Of a DNA stretch of 64,000 bases, positions 39,721-52,053 are shown in pieces. This DNA is from Antedon mediterranea. Lineage: Eukaryota > Animalia > Echinodermata. The translations under genes and the position numbers were made by a program. Position 1 is the stretch's first letter. Each line of letters starts with the position of its first letter. Below the pieces are notes generated by a model. The model was not told the origin of the DNA. It did not search any database and was given only the letters and a program-made list of their open reading frames with translations. The stretch lies in NCBI RefSeq assembly GCF_964355755.1, contig NC_092670.1, positions 5,074,201 through 5,138,200 of the forward strand. Direction: 5' to 3'.

Positions 39721-40429
39721 AATAGATGCATCTACATCATAGTAAAATTAAATTAACAAAACTATATAAAAAAAAGGTAAACTTAAATTCCAATGCATTT
39801 ATAAAATTTACTTTCCATTTGCAATACAGAATTATACATATAAAAACAGCATTATAACAACTATTTAAAATTATCAAAATATACAATTTGTACTACAACT
39901 GAAGTGGTGTTAAAAATTATGGAAGTGTTATTAAAATACTGTGGTGGTATCTGGTCGAATTTTCTAAACCTCAGTTCCACATTCCTTCTAAATGGCACTA
40001 AAATAGTTCGTTATTTTCCAAATAATTGTTTTGTAAAATAATAAATTGCCCCTACAGGTAGACCTACCCAAGGTTGAGTAAAACATAATGCTGTAAAATT
40101 TAGGAAACATTATCATCACATAGGATATTATGATATACTATTTGTTTTAACATGATAACAGTCATGTTTGAAGTAATTTTTCTTATCCTGACGTGAACAT
40201 GTATGTCCTACGTGAGGGGGATGGGGTAAGGATTGTTTGGATCGAAATTAGTAAATCGATAAATAAGTGAATGTTTGCGGTACAGCAATTCGTTTTAGTT
40301 GTTGAATTATCTTTAGAAAAGAAAATCTTAAAAAAAAGCATAAAACTTGTAAATTAGTTATTCATTATGTTGGATATAATTGCTTTATCAAACGTGTTGT
40401 TTTAGTATTTAAAATGGATGCAAGTTAAA

Positions 40430-40661
40430 TAATAAACTTCTCCTTCATGTTCCTAAATGGAAACTTCAGACATATGGCCATCGTGCATTTTCCTGTGCAG
40501 CACCCATTTTGTGGAATAAACTGCCAATCGACATAAAGACATCTGAAAACATCAACACTTTCAAAACACGACTAAACACCCATTTTTACACAGAGGCATT
40601 TCCTGCTTAACTTTGTCAAGCGCCTTTGAACATTATTATGGATACTGGCGCTATATAAATC

Positions 40662-40695
<34 letters not shown>
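40430..40695 (+). mobile_element. L2-type LINE 3' end
   Basis: YGHRAFSCAAPILWNKLPIDIKTSENINTFKTRLNTHFY, then AAGCGCCTTTGA..GGCGCTATATAAAT and (GATT)n. Confidence 0.8.
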
Positions 40696-40699
<4 letters not shown>

Positions 40700-40898
40700 A
40701 TGAAAATTAATAATAATTTTAAAACATTTGGTAGCAACTGCAGATTAATTGCAGTACAACGAAGTACGATTGATATTTGAAACAGTCATCAACAAAAACC
40801 TGGAAAACAAATGCTATCTTAAAATATAGCCTATGTCAGTACATTAAAGTAGAATGAAATACTTTTTATAGTTTATATGATATAAATAAAATACTTAC

Positions 40899-41021
40899 AA
40901 TTATGAACCTTTAATAAATATCACTAGAAGAGTAGAGTGTTGTTTGCTAACAGTTAGGTATTATTCCTCCACTATCGCTTTTATGAATGATCGGAATAAC
41001 ATCAGCAAGCTCTTATTTATA
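40899..41021 (-). promoter_or_regulatory. TATA box, initiator and non-coding first exon of precursor A
   Basis: Minus strand TATAAATA at 41021-41014, TCATTC initiator at 40990-40985 about 30 nt downstream, donor ATT|gtaagt at 40899. Confidence 0.65.
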
Positions 41022-42708
41022 CAATCTGTGGTATTTTCTTTAAGACGTAATTTTGCTAATAAATCAAATCTCACGTGCTGTAGCCCACGCGGTCCATTTC
41101 ATAAGACGTGCGTTTGCGCATTCTGACAGTGCGCCCTCTAGGTATAGATAGTGATAAATAATTGTCCAATCAGAATGAATTATGAGGTAATGAACGTTAA
41201 GGAAGTATTACATCATAGCTAGCTTTTAAACCGCAATACATGATACTGGCATTAGCTTCGTGTATTTTCAAAATATCAGTTTTCAACGCTCACATAACAT
41301 AAATCAACGAACCAATTAGGAATTAAAACCATGAAAATGTCAACACGAGAGTTGCACATTTGAAAGTTGCTCCTTAAAATTAAATCCAGTGGGGAGGTAT
41401 AACTAAACTATATTGTAGTTGTCGTTATATACAACGTACTATACATTTCATCTGGACGGCTTGGAGTTTCAAGAGTTGCACATAAATGTATAATGAAGTA
41501 CTGTCATAAGTTAGATAACGATATTGAGATTTATGACAGGTTACCCGAGCACGTGTGCCGTGTATAACAATACATGATTTCCTTATAGATGTGTATATCA
41601 TGATTAAGTATAGTATTAATACTGTATGTCAATAATATGCCTACTTGTGAACTACAGCATTGTTCAAAATCAACACAAAATGAAATATTCGACACAAGCC
41701 TATAAAAACATGTAATTTAGCTTCAGGGAAATCTAAATTTTGAACATTTTTTAAATAAAAATATCGTTACTATATAAAGCTTCAAACTGTCTAGACTAGT
41801 TCTTTTTACTGTAAATGAAAACACTTATTAAATATTATTACTACATCGTGACGATCTCTTATTCTACAATAATGTATCACGTTCTTGTAGACATGTTCCG
41901 GGATGTTAATCCGGAAAAATTGTAGTGACGTAATAAACGTCATTAATAAGGCATTATTTGGACAAGCTACTCTCTGAAAAACGTGTGATAATGCATAATT
42001 TGAAATAGACATTTCCAGACTGCTTACAAATACGACTGTGAGGTATATCCGTGTTACGCACCCTTTAAGGACTTGGGACATTCCCTCGGACGTCCTAGCC
42101 GAAGCCGAAGATTTGAACGTAGCACGTGTAGGCCTACCAACTTACGTGTCTGCACCAAATAGTAACTCCATTCTGGCTTTTTTTGCCTCCCGTATAAAGT
42201 TTTATAAACAAATAAAAATCAAACGTGATAGGCCTACACGAAAATGGTACCTTGCACTCGAACACCAACATGGCAATACATTTCTTACGTTACAGTAGCC
42301 TAAATTTTACGTGATTTAAATTGTATAAAATGACCCAGCAATTGATTAAAAGGAACATTAAAGGATAAGAACCTGAACTTCCGAATGTAATACAAAAGGA
42401 CGTCTGAACATGAAGAAGCAAGAATGAGTGTGGACATGTAACTTTGCATAAATGCGTGCATTCGACCTTACATTACGTGTTTAACCAACTTCAGACTTGG
42501 TCATGATCTTCAACATAATTTCCAAATAAAACATTTTAACAGTCTGTATATGCGTTCTTCCACATGTACCGGTTCAACTTAAAAGCTAATAGGCATATAG
42601 TCTGTGACGCGTGGTGTGTCGGAGACATGAGACAACAGCAGAGACATAACGTGACTCGCTTCATTTACAATCGACGAATTTTAAAACGAGCTGAAACGGG
42701 TCTACCCC

Positions 42709-44079
42709 TATGGAACGGCTCCTTTGCCTTCAGTTCACATTTATCATGCAGTACACACCAATCGTCATGCAGTACACACCAATCGTCATGCAGTACACAC
42801 CAATCGTCATGCAGTACACACCAATGGTCATGCAGTACACACCAATGGTCATGCAGTACACACCAATCGTCATGCAGTACACACCAAACGTCATGCAGTA
42901 CACACCAAACGTCATGCAGTACACACCAAACATCATGCAGTACACACCAATGGTCATGCCGTCGTGCATGCAGTACACTATGGGACGCCTACTCTGCCTT
43001 CAGTTCACATTTATCATGCAGTACACACCAATCGTCATGCAGTACACACCAATCGTCATGCAGTACACACAATGGTCATGCAGTACACACCAATCGTCAT
43101 GCAGTACACACCAAACATCATGCAGTACACACCAATCGTCATGCAGTACACACCAAACGTCATGCAGTACACACCTAACATCATACAGTACACACAAATC
43201 GTCATGCAGTACACACCAAACATCATGCAGTACATACCAATGGTCATGCAGTCGTGCATGCAGTACACACCAATGGTCATGCAGTATACACCAATGGTCA
43301 TGCAGTACACACCAATCGTCATGCAGTACACACCAATCGTCATTCAGTACACATCAATCGTCATGCAGTGAAATATTGCGTAATTTATACCGCCACCTAT
43401 CGACAAAATCGAATATCACGTGACTTTTATTAGACGGCTGTAAAACTAAGACTATTTAAACTTCTTTTATGGAATTCAATAATTGCAATGGCCTCCTAGC
43501 CGCGCCTGTGTCTCGCATAATAAATTAATTGTATATATAAAAAACAGAGCATTTACAGAGATGTGTAGCGGTTAAAATAAGTACAGTATGTCAAGCATAA
43601 AAGAAAAATAAAAATCGATGGCCTTAGTTTTATTTTTCTAATAAATGTCACGTGATATTCGATTTTGTCGATAGTTGGCAGTATAAATTACGCAATATTT
43701 CACTGCATGACGATTGGTGTGTACTGCATGACGATTGGTGTGTATTGCATGACGATTAGTGTGTACTGCATGACGATTGGTGTGTACTGCAGACCATTGG
43801 TGTGTACTGCATGCACGACTGCATGACCATTGGTGTGTACTGCATGATGTTTGGTGTGTACTGCATGACGATTGGCATGGTGTGTACTGCATGACAATTG
43901 GTGTGTACTGCATGACGTTTGGTGTGTACTGCATGACGATTGGTGTGTACTGCATGATGTTTGGTGTGTACTGCATGCTGACGATTGGTGTGTACTGCAT
44001 GGCCATTGGTATGTACTGCATGACGATTGGTGTGTACTGCATGATAAATGTGAACTGAAGGCAGAGGAGGCGTTCCATA
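42709..44079. mobile_element. Foldback, IS3EU-like non-autonomous DNA transposon with minisatellite TIRs
   Basis: Inverted arms 42709-43434 and 43637-44079 are built from the 21-bp unit TCATGCAGTACACACCAATCG. Termini are TATGG..CCATA, and the 6-bp direct repeat TACCCC lies at 42703-42708 and 44080-44085. Confidence 0.75.
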
Positions 44080-46254
44080 TACCCCAAGCCGTTTATGAGT
44101 TTGAACCGCAGTACCCCTGTTTACGAATAAACACGAGGGGATCTGAAAACCGACTGTAGGCTATGTTGTTTTTGCTATCATTATTATCAATGATATTTTA
44201 GCTACATTTGAAAACACAAGTTCTCAGCTATCCTATATTAAGCCTAATTGAAAACAATAAACAATATTTAATAGCCAGGAGATAACATGTTCTCTATGAT
44301 GTTTTATGATTTAAAATGAGTCTAGGCCTAAAACGTCAACCGGGTTCGCCTGGTTAAATCAGGTAAAAACGTAATTATGTGCATTAGTATTGAACTAATT
44401 CGATGAAGAAGTTAATACCGAATGACAGAGTGAATGTATTATCTGTATTGGTTGATTGATTCAGATTGGTTTGTTAAAATAATATATGCCTAGCCTACAA
44501 GATAAAACACAAAAAATACCACACGGTTCGATTCATTTTTACAAACAGAGTTAAAACAGAGCAAATACACTTCACTTTTTCAACATACATTCAACAGCCA
44601 GCTCATGATAAACCTATAATTTCAAATCTCAAGTAATTTGAAGTAGTTTCGACTATAGGAAAAATCCTGTTACTGTGACATCACCATGATTTGACCTTAT
44701 ATGATCCTCTAATAAGTAGCCTAGGCCCAAGAAAGCATGAATGAACCATCTTAAAGAATATATTTTTAAAACTAAAATAGATGCCTTTTTTTATAATTGT
44801 TATGGTTTTTTAGAAACGCATTTATTTGGATTGTCTAATGACTTATTATTGAAACCGATTAATACGATTAATTGCCTAGGTTAACTTAGGGTAAGGGAAA
44901 CATGGTCACTTGATTATATACAGTTATTAGTATACATTATGATAACAAATAGGCTAACAATCCACCTACACAATGTCAATATGCTTTAAACATGATCTTT
45001 CCCTTCAGGCTTTAATTGATATTATTATGTCTGTTAGTTCTATGTCTAATGGTTTATTTATCGAATATGTTTTAAAGATATTCTAGTTAAAATTAAAGAC
45101 CGTTATTTGCGGCCCAATATGTACAGTACATTTTCACGATATTACAATGTCAATGTTCGATCTTTTATTTTCGCGATTTGATTGTTTTGATGAAAAAGTA
45201 TTTCTTAGTTCTATAAAGTATGCCATAACAATCTACAGTAATAGCTGTTTATTTTTTATGAAGTATGGACGACAAAAGATGTAAATAATTAGATTCTATG
45301 ATTTCGAATCTGGCCTATATTGTCATTTAACATTATACATAATTAACTTTTTTTCTGATTTATTTGTATTCAAGACAGGACCACAATGCAAAACAGGTTT
45401 CTTTTAACTGATTGTGTAATCCTGTATAAAAATGTTGTTAAATACATAAATAAATTAATTAATATTAAGACTTAGGCTATATAGCACGTATGTCTATAAG
45501 CTCAATCCACGGCACTTCTTATACTGTCATAATAAAAAAATTCCCTACAGTTTAGGGCACAAATCATATACAGACCGTGCATTTTAGTAGGACTATATAA
45601 TAACTATGGCAATAAACAAGTTACTAATATACAACATTTAGCTTATAACACCGTTGATTTTAGTTAGATAGGCCTAATATACGGTAGTAACTGTATTCAT
45701 AACAGGTACTAATTATAAATAAGAGTCCTCTTGGCAAGTGTTTTATTTAGTTGGCGCCGCGTTAGTTACTCGCGAGTGGCGTTTGTCGTATGTGATCACG
45801 TTTTGCGCGACGCTCGTTTTCAATTGGCGCCCACTTGATATTTTCAGACACATAATGTATACAAAGTTACAAAAATTGTGAAGGATTCGTGAAATGATTT
45901 TAGAATTGTTGTGTTGAAACATCGGTTAAACCTTTTATTTCCAAATTATATAAAAAAAACAAGAGGACACGATTATTAATTAATGTCCAACTAAGTCACT
46001 GAAAACACAAATTCTATCCACATGTGTCGTCAAAAAAATCCTACTTTTCGGCGAATTTATCTGAGATGAAATAAGGGAATAAATCACGCTACCCTTTCTA
46101 TCACTAAGCTTTGCCTAAACGCAGCGATACCTACAATTTGTTTCTGCACAAACTTTACGAGGTCTGATTGGTTGGGTCTTTCGCATCGGAAAATGTAAAA
46201 AAAAAACATAATTAATTTAGGCACAATAGGATTCAAATAATCTGTTCTGAAAAA

Positions 46255-46405
46255 ATAAACTTAACATCACTGGAAGATAATAGAGCTGAAGTTGATATGA
46301 TGGAAACTTACAAATATATCACTAACCGAATGTCTTCTCCGGAAAGATATTTTTTTTTCCTTACCGTAAAGGTTTGAGAGGTCACTCCTGGAAGATATAC
46401 AAGAA
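46255..46405 (+). mobile_element. CR1-type LINE ORF2 C-terminal remnant
   Basis: LTSLEDNRAEVDMMETYKYI ... LRGHSWKIYK motifs. Confidence 0.6.
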
Positions 46406-46954
46406 CATATTTCATTAACAAAAATCTTTAATTGCAACACGATTAGATTTAGGAGTGACAGTGATTATTAAAATTAATTCTGTAACAAGTCATGGTGATA
46501 AATTATTATATTGACTGCAGCTATCTGGTTCAGAAGATTACCGCACAGTACGTAAAAATGTGTTATTAGACCTAAATCGCCAACCCTGGATATGTCATCG
46601 TTGTTGTTCTTCTAACCGCGTCTATTAATATCGCTGTGATCTGGATTCTAATCTGTTTTAAAGTTATTGTGAAATTTTAATTAGCGAATGACCTTCAATA
46701 ACGAATCTACGATGAAAAATTATTTTGTAAAACCTGCGACAGGTCAATATAACAGTGTGTTACCGGTATATCATTGTTTCTAAACGTTTCTAGATTCTTT
46801 GCTTCAGGTAAAAAATAACCGTTTAAGGTGATTTGTTCATATTATAATACGTTGTGGGTTAATTTTAAAACTTAAAATAGGTCTAAAACTGGTTTTCTTA
46901 TTTGAATGCCAAGCTGACACGAGGCTCTCATTCAGATGTTACTATACTACTGTG

Positions 46955-47225
46955 TATGCGGGTAACCCCCTACGCACTGTTCGAAGTGTTATGTTCTTTA
47001 AAGTGAGCATTTAGTGTACACTGGACCTATGGTTTATAGTCCTTAATAAGACTCCTTCTACCACCAGAACCATGAAACGATTCCCCCTGGAACTCTTGCA
47101 GATATTGGCTTTACATTAACCTTCCTCTGCCTTATTCGTGACGATGCGTCGGGGCAACCCTTGAGAATATTCCTCCTACCACCAGCACCATGGAACGAGT
47201 GAGCATAGAACCCTTTCCGACAACA
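46955..47225 (-). mobile_element. Degraded copy of the Deu/Nin-domain SINE with internal insertion
   Basis: Reverse complement of segments of 37570-37720 (GGGTAACCCCCTAC, TTCTTTAAAGTG, GTGTACACTGGA, GGTTTATAGTCCTTA, CTACCACCAGAACCAT). Confidence 0.7.
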
Positions 47226-49759
47226 TTTGTTTTGTGATATGTTTTTTATGAACCTTGACTTCTTGTTCACATGAAGTATATTATTCACTGTGGTAGACAT
47301 GCAATTTCTTGATTACCCACTGAGCGTGAAACTATGATAAAACCACACGTTTTGACCCATCATCACTATAATAGTACTTCCGTAATATGCAACTCGAAAT
47401 AGGTTGAGGATTACCACATAAGATACAATTTACGTCTAATGTTGCTCTGTTTCGATTTCTCTGTATCATTATTGACCAATTTATACTTAATACGCAGTAG
47501 TTAATAATATTAACGGCATTAATGGGTGTACAGAAGTGATAATGAGGTTAGTATACGTACTTCAGTGATAAATCATGTTATAGAGAACGTCTTTATTTGG
47601 AGAGCAAGATCAGCAAATAAGATCGTATGCACAGTAGTGTATATAATGTTCATACTGTACATAACACTACACTGACCTCGACATTTCAAAATATCAGTAT
47701 TATCGTCATTCAATAATTATAGCTGCAATAATAATGCAATTTTCAGTTTTTAAATGATTTTATTGGTTAAAAAGCATAGAATTTACAAGATAACAGCAAG
47801 ATGGAGAATTAACGTGGGTAGATCGCTTTGGGCTTTATTTTTAAACAAACCTTTTCTTATTAAAGATGTCGAAGTATAACATAACACTATTCTATTTGGT
47901 TTAACATTCAAATATTTTGGTTTACATCGCAATTCTCAACATTTCTTTGATTTATCCTATGAATTCCTGTTTAGCACACATGTTTGTTCTTTCTACAAAG
48001 TAACGATGATTGTGGGGGGTTGGTGGTTTTAATTTTTTATTCATAGAGAATTGAACAAGATTAATAGTTCCAAACATTGTGTATATAGTTATGCTAAACT
48101 TAATTTGAATACAAGTAATTGAATTGGATCTGTAGTTGGCGTTGTGGGTTTTTCTTAGAGGCTTACAGGTGTCAAAATATATCTGCTTTCTTCATTGATT
48201 GCAATTAGGTAGGATAAAAAGGATGTAAGGAATACCCACAAAGATCAAAAGATTAAATAACCTTTTAAAATCAAAGGACGGAGCATGGACGGATCATCGG
48301 TGATGAAGAGAGACTTCTAATGAATATGGAAATACCATTACAGTATTTGAATCACATGACCCATCCATTACATAAATCATATGGAAGAATATTGCAAGTT
48401 TTAATATATTTTATTAAAATGCATGTTCTGAGTTCTCAATATTTGTGATTGTACTGTAATATCCCAAGAACTTTACACAAGACTGTATATTGTAAATGCG
48501 TTTTAATGGATGAAATTTTTAATATCTAACATTATCATTTTGCCAAACATTTTGTTGATTAAAAAAAAAATCATTTTTTACATTTTAAATATTTCGATTG
48601 CACGACGACAGGGTACCAAGGACTAGCCTACGTCACGCATTAAGTGTGTTAGAATAACTTCCGCGGATTAACCTTTCGATAACTATTTTGGTTACTAAAC
48701 ATTACATTGTTCTATTGCCGTGTAATATAACTATATTAAATAGAACATGTACCGTGTAATAGAACTAAACACTGCACGGCACGTGATACGAATTAACCAA
48801 TCAAATAATAAGATTACATCAAATTAAATTATTGAACATTGTGTATGAGATTGCGATCTAGTTTTTTTTACTTGTTATTAATGGTATTAATCATTTTCTC
48901 TATTGTTAAATCTGAGCAGAATTATTTTCGGCGTAGTAATTGTTGAAATGTACTGTATATACTAATTTAAAATTATCTTGTTAGAAATTTCTCCTATAAA
49001 TTAAATAAATCAATTCTTTGTTCTCTTACCTGGATTCAATTAATTATATTAATCAAATTCTGTAATATTATGTCGCAATTTATGCACATACGCATTGCAT
49101 GACAGGTGCTAAACAAATTGCACCATTTCTCTCTGTAGCAAGAATGTATTCACGGTGTTTTAATTAGATAAATCAGGGAAGAGTGCAATTTACTCTTCCT
49201 TGGATAAATCTTGTAGTTTAGAAGGCCTATTATTAAAAGGTTGCACAACATCTATCCCTAACATACCGCGGACAATAAAAATAAATCAATTAATAAAATA
49301 GTAGTAGACCTATAAACGATTCCTCTCTAAAAGTGTGAGTTTTGGGTCATTGACTTAATAAAAACATTGTCACTTTGGGTCCTGCGTACTTGCCCTATCA
49401 AGTTTGTCACCATCATTATATGCGTCTTAGACTCATATTACTTGTTGTACTTACAACGTACTGTTTCCAATTAACTTCATGTAATTACTGTAACAATCTT
49501 ACTTTTTTATTATCAACATAAATGTCTCTAAAGATTTCTAAAGGTATACAATTTCTTTTCCTGAACTATGATATCGAATTGTCTCAAATATAAATTTATT
49601 TCTTAATCTGTACGTTTAGCGGCTTGATACAAAACTGTATTGGTAGCTAAACAATAACATGAGTAACTATAAAACTATTATGGTTTCCATAAACCACCGT
49701 TTTATTAGGCCTAAAGAAATATTGTATGCTGCAATTCTAGAAAGAGCTTATTATAAAAA

Positions 49760-49805
49760 GGTCTGTATTGATGATAAACTTACCTGGCCTGATCATATTA
49801 ATTGT
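49760..49805 (+). mobile_element. LINE reverse-transcriptase remnant
   Basis: VCIDDKLTWPDHIN matches the xIDxxLxWxxHI motif of CR1/L2 ORF2. Confidence 0.45.
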
Positions 49806-51879
49806 CTCCTCACAATATGGTTACTATAACTAGATTTTCTTTTCTTTAAACTTTATCTCTCATTCTTTGAATATGCAGCATTGTTTGTTAAATCGTTTGA
49901 TTAAGGAGTTGTACAACTTTCTAAACTTCACAATTGTGGAGCGAGAATTGTACATAATGAACACTTAGTGGGGATAGCACTTTATGAAAAACAATATGTG
50001 ACCTAAACCGTTACTTTATTCAACTTTGTTGTCTGGATTACAAATTAGGCCTACATTTACCTAGCCTTTACATTTGTGGTAATGTCGGGAAAAACGGTTG
50101 AAAGTACACATTGAGATAATAACTAATTTCGTAGGAGATAATCACAGAAGACAAACCAACAAATACTTGTCATTCGTCCAAATAATGACGCGTACCTTTT
50201 ATCCATTATTGCCAATGTCATATTATATTGATGTATTAAATCTAACTGTTTTTCTCTAGTTTCAGTATATACAAATACAGGCCTATGAATGTAAACATTT
50301 ACATGTGTATTGAAGATTTTTTTTATTATTCTGTTGATGAAGCAAGCCTACTGTTTCTCACTCTGACCTGAAATGAAGGGTCATCTGAAAATAAAATTTT
50401 GATTTTGATTTGTACCTGTCTTTCAACTATTTGCAAAATTATTTATTAAAACAGTCTTGTTTTTTTTATTGGTAGATTTAATCTCCAGATTTATCGTTTT
50501 AAAGATTTTGTGGTTTATTTTACACAATGAAACAGCTTTTAATAGAACAGACAATTTAGCGTTACAAATCTTTTTAAATACATAATCATATTTAAAGATT
50601 TTATCATTTTTCGACCCATAAAACACCGTAATCAATAACTAATTTACTGTTTTTCTCATAAGTGTAATTCATGCTTCATTAAAACAAAGATGAGGGTTGA
50701 ACACGATAGGTGTTCACTGACGTCACAATCGCGCGTGGCATAAAATTCAGTAATTAGGGCGTATTTATAAATGTCCTGTATGTGTTATGTGGTACAATCT
50801 AGGAAATTATTTTTTTTATATTTATATTTATAGAAATAGTTGAATGAAAAGATAATCAAGTTGTGTTCCATCATTAGTTTCTCATTAGCTAATTACTAAA
50901 TTGTCATAATCGACTACTGAAAATGTGTTTATACCATACACGCCCACGCGCAGGCGCATACTAGATGTGCAGCTGTGTTGTGTAATGGATTATTGGTGTG
51001 AATTTTCTTGATTTACCACAATGATGCGGCAATGACTTACAGTGGTAATTCAATGGAATTGCCTTTCACAGTTCAACATGGTTAGGATATAATTTGAACA
51101 AGATCGTTTGAATCTGTTACAAAGTACCCTAATTTGTTCAGTATAAACAAACGTCAATCGAGGGTTTGCGGCAATTTGTTTCATATATATCTTACAGATT
51201 TTTTCAGGTTTACCGTACTGTTTCATTTTAGAATTTATGCTTTTAACTTTTTCAACAATAAAAATATTCAGTTATGATCGTATCATCATAATGTGACGTA
51301 ACGATATAGCATGGTATGCTTGTTACATGTTCCAACTAATATATCATACATCTACATATATACAGTATATATAAATTATGCTTAATTCTGACAGGCAGAA
51401 TGGAAAAGCTCCGCCTTTGAAACCTACCTCATCTATCTCGGATGTACCGCGAAACGTAGATGTGATAACATTAGTCCACACAATTACGATAATGTTATGT
51501 TTCATATTTCTATAAAGGGTTTTAAAACAAAATTTCTGATTTCATCGGTAGATTTTAACCGTACGCGGTAGAAGTAATTTCCGGGTTCACGGTCAGTTTC
51601 AAAAGATGTTTCAACTAAAAAATGTATTAATTATACCAATTTTAATTAGGATGGTATTTATTTGAATGCCTTTTCATATATTTTAGAGGAATGTATTTGA
51701 TTATAAATGTTACCATATTATTACAACTAAAAAATTAAACGTATCCCTCGAATAAGCATCTCCCTCAAATGAACTCCGCCTCACCACCTCCGCCCTATAA
51801 GGGCCCTACCAAACAATAAACACTCTATACTTTAGAATGTTATTAATCATCTAAGACATTGTGAAACAGAGTAGGTTTA

Positions 51880-52053
51880 GTTTTACCAGGGAAGAGTTAC
51901 ATTATAATTTAACTCTTCCATTTGGCGTTACAACTCTCTTGATCCCCGTAACTTTAACGATCGGCAATAAAAAATGTCCGGAAATCATAATATTCTATCC
52001 CTACACTTCTCCCTAGAGGAGGAGCGAGCGAAGCGAGCTCTCACCCTCTAGTA
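51880..52053 (+). mobile_element. Short Helitron/Helentron-like element
   Basis: Internal inverted GGAAGAGT..ACTCTTCC, GC-rich hairpin-like GAGCGAGCGAAGCGAGCTC, then a CTAGT end; related sequence at ~49170-49270. Confidence 0.4.

Noticed and set aside
42564-44159. Long repetitive ORFs (SSCSTHQ, MQYTPIV, HAVHTNR repeats)
   Set aside because: They are translations of a stop-poor 21-bp minisatellite, open in several frames on both strands, within inverted arms of a transposon-like element.
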